The translations under genes and the position numbers were made by a program. From a virus, in IMG/VR virus record IMGVR_UViG_2915903177_000003, positions 6,315 through 70,314 of that record: 64,000 bases of DNA; one strand, 5' to 3'. This document shows, one piece after another, positions 8,883 to 18,516 of the stretch; positions within the stretch are counted from its first letter, which is position 1, and the number at the start of each line of letters is the position of its first letter. Below the pieces are notes generated by a model that saw nothing but the letters and a program-made list of their open reading frames with translations, was not told the origin of the DNA and searched no databases.

Positions 8883-10205
8883 ATGACGACATCCGACCAT
8901 TCATTCAACGGCGAGTTGCTGGAAAGTATCTTCCGGACCTCGAAAAAGACCATACAGGAGTATGTCCGCGAGATCGAGCGTGACAACCGTTACCGGTCCT
9001 TGCGCCGGGACGTGACGCTCGGGTGCATCCTCGATGACCGGGCACGACTCATCGACCTGTACGACGCCTGCCTCCAGCAGGACGCGCATATCCGGGCCGT
9101 CATCGAGACCCTGGAGAGCCAGATCCTGGGCGACCGATACATGCTGGCCCGTATGAACGGGAAAGGGAAGTACGTCAAGGACGTGGAGCAGACCCGGAAG
9201 ATCCAGGGTACCCAGTTCGACAAGATCATCAAGGGTATCGTGGAATCCAAGCTTTACGGCTACACACTGTTGGAGGTCATGCCCGGCCTCGACCCGAAAA
9301 CGGGCAAGCTCGCCGAGGTGAACAGCATCGAGCGGCGCAACGTGCTGGCGGACCAGCGTATCGTCCTCAGACGCCAGGGCATCTGGGAGCCGCACTGGGA
9401 TTTGCGTCACGCCGCCTACGCGAGACATTATATCCTTATCAACTCCGGTGACCTGGGGCTCTTCTCGGCCACGACGCCGCTGATCCTGGCCAAGAAATTC
9501 ACCGTCGCCAACTACGTCAACTTCTCGCACACGTACGGGCAGCCCATCATTCACGGCAAAACTGTCTCGGAGAGCAACACCGACCGCAAACGGCTGGCGA
9601 ATGAAATCGCCAACGCCGCCCAGAACAAGGTGGTCGTTACGGGTATCGAGGACGAGGTGGATATCAAGACCTTCACGATGTCCAACTCGGAGAAGATCTA
9701 CACGGGGCTCATAGACTTCGTGAACAGGGAGGTCTCGAACCTCGTGCTGGGCTCAGAGTCGATGGCCGGTGGCATGCAGTCGTACGTGGGTTCCACGAAA
9801 GCCCACCAGGACATCTTCCGCGACCGTATCGAGGTCTACCGCCGGTATATCGAGAATATCATGAACGAGGAGGTCGTGCCTCGTCTGGTGGCGATGGGAT
9901 ACATCCCGGACGGTCTGGAGTTCAAGTACTCGAACCGCATCGAGATGAACAACGAGGACCGCATCAAGCTATACCAGCTCATCACGGACAAGTACGAGGT
10001 GGAGGCGGACGAAATCGAGAGGGAATTCGGCATCAACGTCGGAAAACAGCTCAACGTGATACCCGGGGGTGTTTACGGCGCCGGGGGCGTGCCGGTCGGC
10101 GGCAGCGGCAACGACCGCCATATCATGTCCGACGAGGAGTATTACAAACGCTACGGGCACCCGCGGGGCGTGAAGGTCGCAAATTTTCTGCGGGGAGCGA
10201 AGTGA
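8883..10205 (+). CDS. Portal protein (Mu gp29/DUF935-like)
   Basis: 440 aa. LYDACLQQDAHIRAVI, YGQP, VNREVSNLVLG motifs. First gene of the head module. Confidence 0.82.
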   Translation: MTTSDHSFNGELLESIFRTSKKTIQEYVREIERDNRYRSLRRDVTLGCILDDRARLIDLYDACLQQDAHIRAVIETLESQILGDRYMLARMNGKGKYVKDVEQTRKIQGTQFDKIIKGIVESKLYGYTLLEVMPGLDPKTGKLAEVNSIERRNVLADQRIVLRRQGIWEPHWDLRHAAYARHYILINSGDLGLFSATTPLILAKKFTVANYVNFSHTYGQPIIHGKTVSESNTDRKRLANEIANAAQNKVVVTGIEDEVDIKTFTMSNSEKIYTGLIDFVNREVSNLVLGSESMAGGMQSYVGSTKAHQDIFRDRIEVYRRYIENIMNEEVVPRLVAMGYIPDGLEFKYSNRIEMNNEDRIKLYQLITDKYEVEADEIEREFGINVGKQLNVIPGGVYGAGGVPVGGSGNDRHIMSDEEYYKRYGHPRGVKVANFLRGAK

Positions 10206-11047
10206 CGGCCCGGCTTCCGCTCCCCGGTATTCTTACGGCAAGGGACGAAAAAACAGATACGCGGAAAGAGTATGAAGTAATTCGGGAAGCGTTCCGCAGG
10301 CTGATATTCAACTGGGAGAACGGTGCCGAACGTCGGGATATCATCGGGGACATCATCACGCTGCGCTGCTCGTTTCTTATCGACAGGGCCCTGAGCGGTC
10401 TTCGGATAGATTTCGACAAGGCGCTGGACATCCTGCGCGGTCACAATGAATTCACCACGGAGCGGGAGCGCCGGCAGCGGGACATACTTCTGGCCGCCAT
10501 CGACAACCTCGTGGACTTCGCAGCCTCCGGGGAGATCGCCCTACTGAAAGAGCTTCCCGAAGAACCGCAAGTTGAAGAAATCGCCGCATACGAGTCCCTG
10601 TGCGAGCGTTACAACCTGATCTACGCCGCCCGGGAGAACGACCAGGTACTGTTTGCCGCCTCGATGGCGGCTTGGTGGCTGACCATAAGCCCCGAAACCG
10701 TCGTGACCTACATGACGCAGGGGGACGAGCGTGTGCGGCCGTGGCATCTCTCGCTCGAAGGCATTTCCTACCGTAAGTCGGAGTTCCCGCCGGAACTGAT
10801 TCCCCCTATCGAATGGGGGTGCCGCTGCTTCCTTGTCGCGGACGGGTTCGCGTCGGTATACGGGGCGCTCCCCGCCGCCGGAGAGTACCGCCGGTACGTG
10901 GATCCCGTTTTCCGGGAGAGTCTGGCCACGGGCGGCAGGATCTTCTCGCCGGCTCACGCCTATTTTGCCGGGCCGCTGCCTGAATATGTACAACAGATTG
11001 TAAAACGCATAAAAGAAAAGTTCAATCATGCCCAAGATAACGCTTGA
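10202..11047 (+). CDS. Head morphogenesis protein (Mu gpF / SPP1 gp7-like)
   Basis: YMTQGDERVRPWH and PPIEWGCRC motifs, follows portal. Confidence 0.88.
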   Translation: MTARLPLPGILTARDEKTDTRKEYEVIREAFRRLIFNWENGAERRDIIGDIITLRCSFLIDRALSGLRIDFDKALDILRGHNEFTTERERRQRDILLAAIDNLVDFAASGEIALLKELPEEPQVEEIAAYESLCERYNLIYAARENDQVLFAASMAAWWLTISPETVVTYMTQGDERVRPWHLSLEGISYRKSEFPPELIPPIEWGCRCFLVADGFASVYGALPAAGEYRRYVDPVFRESLATGGRIFSPAHAYFAGPLPEYVQQIVKRIKEKFNHAQDNA

Positions 11048-11603
11048 TGAATTCTGCGCCCAATGGGTGAAAGGAAAATGGACAACCGCAATGGCCAGCC
11101 GTCTCGAGAACAATGTATTCAACTTCGCGACCGTGGCCGGGGACTATGCCAAACAGCAGTTCGGGGCATCTTTCCCCGCCGGAGGATTCTGCGGCGGGGA
11201 GAAATGGGCGCCACGCACTTCCCGCTGGGGCAAGAAGTTCACCCATCCGGTGATGAATGACACGGGGACACTGGCCCGGAGCATGAAGGGGGAAGCCAAG
11301 CGTGTCGATATTGTCGGACGCCGTGCCGACCGGACGCGTATTTTCCGCAAAGGTGCCTACTACTGGATTTATACCACCGAAAAGAGCACGCCGGTACGGG
11401 GAAAACGGGGCCGGAAGACGGACCGTTACAAGAACTATGCCGCCGTGCATAATACCGATCCGGGATTCGGACTTTACACCGTGAACCAGTATTCGTCACG
11501 GCGTCCCGTACACCGGCCCTTCATCGGTTTCTCCCCGAAGATAGACAGCCATATCGCCTCGCATTTCATCGACATGATATTTGAAGGATTCCCCAAGACA
11601 TGA
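11028..11603 (+). CDS. Virion morphogenesis/neck protein (Mu gpG-like)
   Basis: KWAPR, DTGTLARS, YAAVHN and RPFIG motifs. Confidence 0.75.
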   Translation: MPKITLDEFCAQWVKGKWTTAMASRLENNVFNFATVAGDYAKQQFGASFPAGGFCGGEKWAPRTSRWGKKFTHPVMNDTGTLARSMKGEAKRVDIVGRRADRTRIFRKGAYYWIYTTEKSTPVRGKRGRKTDRYKNYAAVHNTDPGFGLYTVNQYSSRRPVHRPFIGFSPKIDSHIASHFIDMIFEGFPKT

Positions 11604-12349
11604 TCAAGGACAAGCACCCCATTGAACCACCACGGCAGCCGGTCCCCGTGCCGGTGCCGGACAGCCCTCCGGAGGAAGTCGCGGAAAATCCGTTCGTGAA
11701 CATCTACCACGCCGTGCGGCGGGCCATACTCACCGTGCGGGAGGACCCCGACGACCCGTTTTCGCCGCCGCTGTTCAGAACCGTCGCCATTGACAACGGC
11801 CAGTTCGCCCGTATCGTGCGCGGTGAGAACACGGAGTACGAGACGGCGTTCCCCGCTGTGTTCATCCATTTCGTCAATATCCGCTATCTCGTGCAGCAGC
11901 AGCGTATCGGCGAGGGGCGTGCCACCATGCGTGTAAGGTTCATCCTCGACACGCTCAACAACTCCGATCCGGACCACGAGTGCGACCCCTTCATCGTTTT
12001 TCAGCGCCTGAACGTCGCCATCCAGGACGCCAAGGATCGGGAGCCTGCACTTGGCGAGCGGTGTAACCTCACCTATTTCGACATGCCGCAGACGACCAAC
12101 ATGCTGCAAGCCTACTGGATAGACTACGAGGTATGGTTCCGCGAGTCATCGGCATGGCGCTACCGGAACTGGGTGGAACGTTACCTCGTGATGCCGCCTT
12201 TCACACAGCATGCCGACGCGCCGGAGCACGACACGGCAGGACACGGACATCATCCCGAACCGGCGTATGACGAGGCGGCGGGGTTCGGACCCTCCGTGGA
12301 GGTGGATGAGCCGGACACGGATGGGGACGAAGGCGACGAAAATCCATAA
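11600..12349 (+). CDS. Phage structural protein (possible tail terminator/completion)
   Basis: 249 aa, FPAVFIHF motif, position after the gpG-like gene. Confidence 0.55.
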   Translation: MIKDKHPIEPPRQPVPVPVPDSPPEEVAENPFVNIYHAVRRAILTVREDPDDPFSPPLFRTVAIDNGQFARIVRGENTEYETAFPAVFIHFVNIRYLVQQQRIGEGRATMRVRFILDTLNNSDPDHECDPFIVFQRLNVAIQDAKDREPALGERCNLTYFDMPQTTNMLQAYWIDYEVWFRESSAWRYRNWVERYLVMPPFTQHADAPEHDTAGHGHHPEPAYDEAAGFGPSVEVDEPDTDGDEGDENP

Positions 12350-12422
12350 AAACGGGGCCGGCGGCAATCTTTTTTATCGGGTAACTCCTACGCTTACAGA
12401 AAAGACATTCAAACGGGAAAAG

Positions 12423-13217
12423 ATGAAGACGACATTACAGACATTCGATTACAACGACTACCCGGTGACCTTTGAGGTCGGAGAACGGCAGGTGACGGTC
12501 AATGCCTCCGAGATGGCCAAGCCGTTCCGCAAGCAGCCCAGCGACTGGACACGGTTAAAGCAGACGGAGGAGTTTCTCCGCTCGTTATCAGCCGTTCGGG
12601 GGATTCCCCGAACGGAACTGGTACAGGTCATCCGGGGCGGCAACGGCATTCAGGGCACGTTCTTCCACGAGGACGTGGCGCTGGAATTCGCCCGCTGGCT
12701 ATCGCCTATTTTCGCTATCTGGTGCAATGACCGCATCAAGGAGCTGCTACACTACGGCATGACCGTGAGCCCCGATCCAGTCTCACGTGCTGCCGAAGAC
12801 CCGCGGTTTGTCCTGAAAGTCGTGGAGCAGCTGTGCGACGGATATGCGGAAAGCATCGCCCTGCGGGAAGAGAACGACCGGCTGCTCGATACGTTGGAGG
12901 CCCAGATGCACAAAGTGGAGTTCTATGACAAAGTGCATGGCAGCCGCAAACCTGACGATAAACGGATTTACCGTATTTCACAAATCGCCGCGGAACTCGG
13001 TATGACGGGTGCGGAACTCAACCGCATCCTGCAGGAAAAGGGCATACAACGCCGTTGCGGGCATATCTGGATACTGACACCGGAGTACGACGGCAAGGGG
13101 TATACCCGCAAGCGCACCTTCCAAAACGGGTTTGACACCTCGGGGGAACCGCTCTATTGCACGTTCACGGTCTGGACATCCCAAGGGCGGGATTTTATTC
13201 TGAGCCTGTTCGAATGA
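12423..13217 (+). CDS. KilA-N + KilA-C (ANT) antirepressor-like protein
   Basis: Start reassigned to ATG 12423. VNASEMAKPF, GTFFHEDVALEFARWLSP and VWTSQGRDFI motifs. Confidence 0.85.
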   Translation: MKTTLQTFDYNDYPVTFEVGERQVTVNASEMAKPFRKQPSDWTRLKQTEEFLRSLSAVRGIPRTELVQVIRGGNGIQGTFFHEDVALEFARWLSPIFAIWCNDRIKELLHYGMTVSPDPVSRAAEDPRFVLKVVEQLCDGYAESIALREENDRLLDTLEAQMHKVEFYDKVHGSRKPDDKRIYRISQIAAELGMTGAELNRILQEKGIQRRCGHIWILTPEYDGKGYTRKRTFQNGFDTSGEPLYCTFTVWTSQGRDFILSLFE

Positions 13218-13327
13218 CCGGAAAACGGCAGGACAAAAACACCCGGAACGGGAGGCGGACACCTCCCACTTTTTGTTTTCAACCTTTCGGGCGTTCCTCC
13301 GCTACTCTTATCCAAAAGACAGTTCTC

Positions 13328-14572
13328 ATGGACATTAATACACTTGAATACGTCGTCGGCGAGGCGAAAACGGGCGAGCCGGCCGTCATCCGTTTTTTCG
13401 GGTGCGTGACGAAAGAGACGACTTCCCGCTTCAACGACGAGTTTGACTTTCTGGAAAACATCGTCCGGCCCTCGTGCATCCGCGTGCTGATCAACTCCGA
13501 GGGCGGCAGCGTGCTTTACGGCATGTCCACCTATTCGACCATCGCCAATGCGAAGGTCGATACCGAATGCGTCATCGAGGGTATCGCGGCGTCGATGGCC
13601 TCCATTATCTGGGCGGCGGGTAAACGCTCTCTGATGCGTGACTACGCCATACTGATGATACACAACCCCATGTTACCCGGTGATGATACGGATGACGGCG
13701 TGTCCGATATGGTGCAGGCTTTCACCAGACAGATAGAGACCATTTACCGCAAGCGTTTCGGTCTGAAAGCGGAACACGTCCGTGCCATCATGAACGGGGA
13801 GGCTGGTAAGGACGGTACCTACTTCGACGCCCCGGCGGCCGTCAAAGCGGGAATCATCCCGGCGGAGAACGTCATCCGCACCTCGAAGCAGCTGTGCGAG
13901 AAGGTACATGACGAGATAGCCGCCATGACCGACACGGCCTCCATACAGGAACTGATGAGCAGGATCTCGGCTGAAAATAAACTTTTCGAGACAGAGGGGA
14001 CTACTCTTAATCAAACGGAAAACAATATGGCAAACGAAAACAAGACACAAGGTTTCGAGTATGGCGCGATTGCCGCCTCACTCGGTATGAAGGATAAGGA
14101 GGTCAAGGACGTCATGGCCCGCATCTCGGAACTGGCGGCGTTGGAACCCAGGTACAAGGAGTTGGAAAAATCGCTCAGCGACGCCCAGACGGTCATCGCC
14201 GGCAAGGAAGCCGCGATACAGAACCTGCAGAAGGACCTCTCGGCAGCCACGGCACAGCTCGCGTCCTTCCAGAAAAAAGAGAAGGAGGAGCAGGCCTCAC
14301 GCATCGAGACGCTCGTGGAGAACGCCATCACCGAAGGTAAGATCGGCCGTGAAGCGAAGACCCAGTGGGTGGAGATGGCCACCTCGAATTTCGCTCTCGC
14401 CGAGAGCACGCTGGCCTCCATTCCCGTCCGGGAAAAGATATCGGAGGCCATCGCCACCGACACGGGAAACGTGCAGGCGGCAGCCGAAGCGGCCAGGACC
14501 GCCGAACAGCTGATGGCCGAGAAGGTCACGGAAGTCGTGGGCAAGAACTTCGAGTTCCGCAAGCTGGGATAA
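13328..14572 (+). CDS. Clp-type prohead protease fused to coiled-coil scaffold
   Basis: Start at ATG 13328. INSEGGSV, GIAASMAS, LMIHNP. Helical C-terminal half. Directly upstream of capsid. Confidence 0.88.
   Translation: MDINTLEYVVGEAKTGEPAVIRFFGCVTKETTSRFNDEFDFLENIVRPSCIRVLINSEGGSVLYGMSTYSTIANAKVDTECVIEGIAASMASIIWAAGKRSLMRDYAILMIHNPMLPGDDTDDGVSDMVQAFTRQIETIYRKRFGLKAEHVRAIMNGEAGKDGTYFDAPAAVKAGIIPAENVIRTSKQLCEKVHDEIAAMTDTASIQELMSRISAENKLFETEGTTLNQTENNMANENKTQGFEYGAIAASLGMKDKEVKDVMARISELAALEPRYKELEKSLSDAQTVIAGKEAAIQNLQKDLSAATAQLASFQKKEKEEQASRIETLVENAITEGKIGREAKTQWVEMATSNFALAESTLASIPVREKISEAIATDTGNVQAAAEAARTAEQLMAEKVTEVVGKNFEFRKLG
14027..14572 (+). CDS. Putative nested scaffold protein (internal in-frame start)
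   Basis: ATG (MANENKTQGF...) after an A-rich leader, with its own AAC-N18-CTACTCTT motif at 13980-14008. Confidence 0.6.
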   Translation: MANENKTQGFEYGAIAASLGMKDKEVKDVMARISELAALEPRYKELEKSLSDAQTVIAGKEAAIQNLQKDLSAATAQLASFQKKEKEEQASRIETLVENAITEGKIGREAKTQWVEMATSNFALAESTLASIPVREKISEAIATDTGNVQAAAEAARTAEQLMAEKVTEVVGKNFEFRKLG

Positions 14573-14706
14573 CCGGTCTCGCGTGAACTTCCCGAAACTT
14601 GTAATTTTTTTTATAAACTGACATGCCGGGGGCATCACGCCTCGCGCGGGGAACGGTCCGCCAGTCGGCTGAGATTCATTCGTGAAACAAGTAAACTCAT
14701 TCGACA

Positions 14707-15756
14707 ATGGCAGATACTGTAAACTTTCTTCAGAACGGTTACTCCGGCGAGGTGCTGGAAGACCTTCTGACCTATACCGTGCAGGGTAACGACACGGTGC
14801 GGGAGGGCCTTATCCATATCAAGACGGGCATCCAGCACCGCTACACCCTTCCGGCCATCAAGCTGGGCAACGTCATCCAGGACAATATGCCGACCCCGCA
14901 GCCCATCCACGGCGCCAAGGGCGACGAGGGGTTCAACGAGTACCGGCTCACCGAGCGTTACCTCGAACCTTCGGATTTTATGATCTATGTGGAATTCAAT
15001 CCCCGTGACTACGAGAAGTACTGGAAGTTCGCGCAGCCGGAGGGCAACCTCGTCTTCCGCGAGCTCGACCCGAAGATTCAGGCCACCATGCTGCGCCTGC
15101 TGATAGAGAAGAAGAACGAGTACATCGGAAACGCCATCTGGACGGCGGCAAAAGGCGGCGAGACGGTGGCCAAGATCACGGAACCCGCCGGCTGCACGAA
15201 GATCGGTGCCAACCGTGAGAAGTATTTCGACGGGGTCATCAAGCGCATCCTCGACAACGTGAACGCCACGGATGCCGAGACCATCGCCGGCGGGCAGTGC
15301 GTCGTCTCGGGAACGACCGAGCTGACGGACGGAGCGGCGGTCGAGGCGGCCCTGTACGCCATGTGGAAAAAGTGCCCGAAACAGATCCGCAAGAAGACCT
15401 CGCTGGCCTTCATCATCGGATGGGATGCCTGGGATGCGTACGACCAGTACATTTCCGACAAGCAGGTCAAGTACTCGGAGAATACCGAGGTGAACAAGTA
15501 CCGTTTCAAGGGCAAGCGCATCATCCCCATCGTCGGCATTCCCGAACATACGATGGTGCTGGGCGAGTTCTCCACGGGCATGGACTCCAACCTCTGGATG
15601 GGCGTGGACTACGCCAATGACACGGATGTCCTGAAAATCGACCGTCTGCAGGCGAATTCCGAGCTCTTCTTCTTCCAGATGAGGATGAAGATGGACGTGA
15701 ACATCGTCCGCCCGGCAGAAATCGTCGTGCATACGGCCTACAAGAAAACCGCATAA
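14707..15756 (+). CDS. Major capsid protein
   Basis: 349 aa, follows protease/scaffold, strong codon bias, followed by a hairpin. Confidence 0.75.
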   Translation: MADTVNFLQNGYSGEVLEDLLTYTVQGNDTVREGLIHIKTGIQHRYTLPAIKLGNVIQDNMPTPQPIHGAKGDEGFNEYRLTERYLEPSDFMIYVEFNPRDYEKYWKFAQPEGNLVFRELDPKIQATMLRLLIEKKNEYIGNAIWTAAKGGETVAKITEPAGCTKIGANREKYFDGVIKRILDNVNATDAETIAGGQCVVSGTTELTDGAAVEAALYAMWKKCPKQIRKKTSLAFIIGWDAWDAYDQYISDKQVKYSENTEVNKYRFKGKRIIPIVGIPEHTMVLGEFSTGMDSNLWMGVDYANDTDVLKIDRLQANSELFFFQMRMKMDVNIVRPAEIVVHTAYKKTA

Positions 15757-15842
15757 ACCGATATTCCACCTTTCATCTGATTTGAATGTCTCACCCGGGG
15801 GGCGGAGTCGAAACCCCGCTCCCCAAATTTTATCCGACAATC

Positions 15843-16205
15843 ATGGCAAAGAAAATCAATACGGAGGAGAAGCCCCGGACTGAAACGGATGATGCCCTGC
15901 AAAATGAAGCGGCCGGTACGACCGGAACACCGGACGGCACGGCACCCGGGCATCCCGGAGCAACGCCGGACCGGTCCGAAACAGCACCCCCGGCAGAGCC
16001 GGAGAGACCGGAGGAAGAGAATCATCAGGGAACGCAGGCACCGGACGCCCATGCACTCGGGCTGCTGAAAAAGTTCCCGGCTTATCCCTCGCTCTATATC
16101 GACGCCCACGGCGGGACTTTTTCTCCGGATACGCCGGAGTCCATCCGCGGCGGGGCAGCGCTGTATGAGAATCCTTTTTACAACCAGCTTAAAGACCAAT
16201 CATAA
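15843..16205 (+). CDS. Hypothetical phage protein
   Basis: Start reassigned to ATG 15843. Low-complexity N-terminus. Lies between capsid and sheath. Confidence 0.6.
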   Translation: MAKKINTEEKPRTETDDALQNEAAGTTGTPDGTAPGHPGATPDRSETAPPAEPERPEEENHQGTQAPDAHALGLLKKFPAYPSLYIDAHGGTFSPDTPESIRGGAALYENPFYNQLKDQS

Positions 16206-16208
16206 CTT

Positions 16209-17555
16209 ATGGCACTCGGAAATGTTTTCATCAAGGACGTGGACGGCAACATCCCGTACGATACCGGCTTCTCCAACGAGAAGGTGACGGGACTTCTGTT
16301 CGACGTGTCGTTACAGCCGACGCTCTTCACCGAAGGGTACGGCAAGACGAACGGGTCGAAACTCAAATTGGGCGACGTGTGTTACATCACCTCTTTCAAG
16401 TCCGCCGTCAGCGACTTCGGTATCATCGAGCGTGTGGAGGCGACCGGGGAGGAAGAGGCGAACGTGAATTTCCTGCACGGTATTCCGGCCTACCACATCC
16501 GGGAGTTTTTCCGCATGTCGGGCAGCGTGAACGGCACGGGCAGGCTCTACGTGATGTTTGCCGACTGTTCCGCCTCGTGGGAAGCCGTCGAGATCATGCA
16601 GCGTGCGGCCGGCGGCATGATCAACCAGATGGGCATCTGGACCGAACAGCCGCTCTGGAAAGCGGGCGGCGCGGCGGAGAAGTACAGCCTGAACCTCGTG
16701 AGGGGGCTCAACGACGTGGCCGTCTCACTGGCGGAACTGAACCAGCCGCTCTCGCTTGTCCTCTCGGCCAACCCTTCCAACACGGGAACCGATACCACCG
16801 AGGGGCGGCAGATAGACCTGAACCGCGTGCCCTCGTGCATCTGCGAGGCAAGCCGTATCAGCTGCATCTTCGGGCAGGCACACCATGAGACCGTCACGCT
16901 CATGCAGATGCGCAACCGCAACCATACGCCCGTGGGATTCCTCGGGGCAGTGATGGGCGCTCTTGCCGGGGCCAACGTGCACGAGTCGATCGCATGGGTG
17001 AAGCAGTTCAACCTCTTCACCGACCATTTCCAGGAAATCGAACTGGGATTCGGGGACATCAACCTCGACGAGGCAGAAGAGAATTTTCTGAGCCTGAACC
17101 GTTACGAGTCGCTCCCGCCCTCGCTGCTCGACGAACTGGACGACAAGGGCTATATCTTCCCCATCAAATACGCCGGCCGTGAAAACGGCATTTATATCTC
17201 CAAGGACCAGACCTGTTCCACCGGAGACTACCGTACTATCGCCCGTAACCGCACTATCAACAAGAGCCGGCGTGCCGTGCGTGCCGCCTTGCTGCCGTAC
17301 GTGAACTCGCCGTTGATGGTCAACCCTTCGACCGGGTTCCTCGCCCCGTCGAAAATCACGGCATTCAAGACGCTCGTCGGCGATATCCTCGCCAAGATGC
17401 AGGCGGCACAGGAGATTTCCGGGTACGCGGTTACCATCGATGCCAACCAAAACGTGCTGGTGGACGATACGCTCCGAATCTCCTACGTCATCGTGCCTGT
17501 CGGCGTGGCCGTGAAGATTTATGTCGAGGAAGGCTTGTCGTTAACCGCTAAATAA
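16209..17555 (+). CDS. Contractile tail sheath protein (DUF2586-like)
   Basis: 448 aa. YHIREFFR, LDDKGYIF, DYRTIARNRTINK and IVPVGVA motifs. Confidence 0.8.
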   Translation: MALGNVFIKDVDGNIPYDTGFSNEKVTGLLFDVSLQPTLFTEGYGKTNGSKLKLGDVCYITSFKSAVSDFGIIERVEATGEEEANVNFLHGIPAYHIREFFRMSGSVNGTGRLYVMFADCSASWEAVEIMQRAAGGMINQMGIWTEQPLWKAGGAAEKYSLNLVRGLNDVAVSLAELNQPLSLVLSANPSNTGTDTTEGRQIDLNRVPSCICEASRISCIFGQAHHETVTLMQMRNRNHTPVGFLGAVMGALAGANVHESIAWVKQFNLFTDHFQEIELGFGDINLDEAEENFLSLNRYESLPPSLLDELDDKGYIFPIKYAGRENGIYISKDQTCSTGDYRTIARNRTINKSRRAVRAALLPYVNSPLMVNPSTGFLAPSKITAFKTLVGDILAKMQAAQEISGYAVTIDANQNVLVDDTLRISYVIVPVGVAVKIYVEEGLSLTAK

Positions 17556-17563
17556 TCGAAGAA

Positions 17564-18019
17564 ATGGCAATTATAAACAATGTAGCATATTCATGGTCGA
17601 TGATCACCCTTGCCTCCACGGCACTCGGGATCGACGAGGGATCGACCACGCTCGAGGGCGTGTCGGCCATCAAGTGGTCAAAGAAACGCAAGGTGGAATC
17701 CAACTACGGCATGGGCGGGAAACCCGTCTCGCGCGGGTTCGGAAACATCACCTATACGGCTTCCATCACGATGGACTACGCCACGCAGCAGTTGTTGCGC
17801 TCGGTATACGGCTCATTGCTCGAAATCGGGGAGTTCGACCTGATCATCTCCTTTGCCAACCCGATGGCATCGGATGACTGGACGACCACTACCGTCACGC
17901 TCAAAGGCTGTATTTTCACCGAAGACTGTCTCGAGTCGCAACAGGACGACACAAACATTACCCACGAATTCGACCTCAATCCTTTCGATATACAGATTGG
18001 CTCGGGGGATACAATCTAA
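17564..18019 (+). CDS. Tail tube protein
   Basis: 151 aa directly after sheath. YSWSMI and YGMGGKPVSRGFG motifs. Confidence 0.8.
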   Translation: MAIINNVAYSWSMITLASTALGIDEGSTTLEGVSAIKWSKKRKVESNYGMGGKPVSRGFGNITYTASITMDYATQQLLRSVYGSLLEIGEFDLIISFANPMASDDWTTTTVTLKGCIFTEDCLESQQDDTNITHEFDLNPFDIQIGSGDTI

Positions 18020-18024
18020 GTCGT

Positions 18025-18507
18025 ATGAATGTAACCTTTGAGGGCAAATCCTCTACGGGCAAAAACGAATGGCTCACACCGCCACATATCCTGAGGCGGC
18101 TGGAGCCGTTTGATTTGGATCCCTGCGCTCCGGTAAACCGTCCGTGGAATACAGCGGCGCATCATTACACTGTCGAGGACGACGGACTCAAACAGCCGTG
18201 GTTCGGACGTGTGTTCTGCAACCCGCCGTATGACACGGCACTCATCGTGCAGTTTGTCAGGCGATGCGTGGAGCATAAGAACGCTGTCGCGTTGACCTTT
18301 GCCAGAACGGACACGAAGCTGTTCCAAGAACTGATATTCCCGAACGCGGATTCCATACTTTTTATCCGGGGGCGGCTGAGCTTCTATCATGTAACCGGTA
18401 AGCAGGGCGGTACGGCAGGGGCTCCGTCCTGCCTGATCGCGTTCGACAAAGAAAATACCGCCGTGTTGGAATGCTGCGGCATCGAGGGTAAGCTGGTCAA
18501 ACTTTAA
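18025..18507 (+). CDS. Phage DNA N6-adenine methyltransferase (Dam-like)
   Basis: EWLTP, FDLDPCA, DGLKQPW, FCNPPY, ARTDT and RGRLSF motifs. Confidence 0.88.
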   Translation: MNVTFEGKSSTGKNEWLTPPHILRRLEPFDLDPCAPVNRPWNTAAHHYTVEDDGLKQPWFGRVFCNPPYDTALIVQFVRRCVEHKNAVALTFARTDTKLFQELIFPNADSILFIRGRLSFYHVTGKQGGTAGAPSCLIAFDKENTAVLECCGIEGKLVKL

Positions 18508-18516
18508 CCCGCTGTC

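Noticed and set aside
14573..14706. Riboswitch or ncRNA between scaffold and capsid genes
   Set aside because: Only short stems (ATGCC/GGCAT, ACTTGT/ACAAGT) and no recognisable family motif.
14635..15840. Long antisense ORFs (for example 401 aa here and 490 aa at 48101-49573)
   Set aside because: They mirror GC3-biased sense genes and show no motifs or expression signals.
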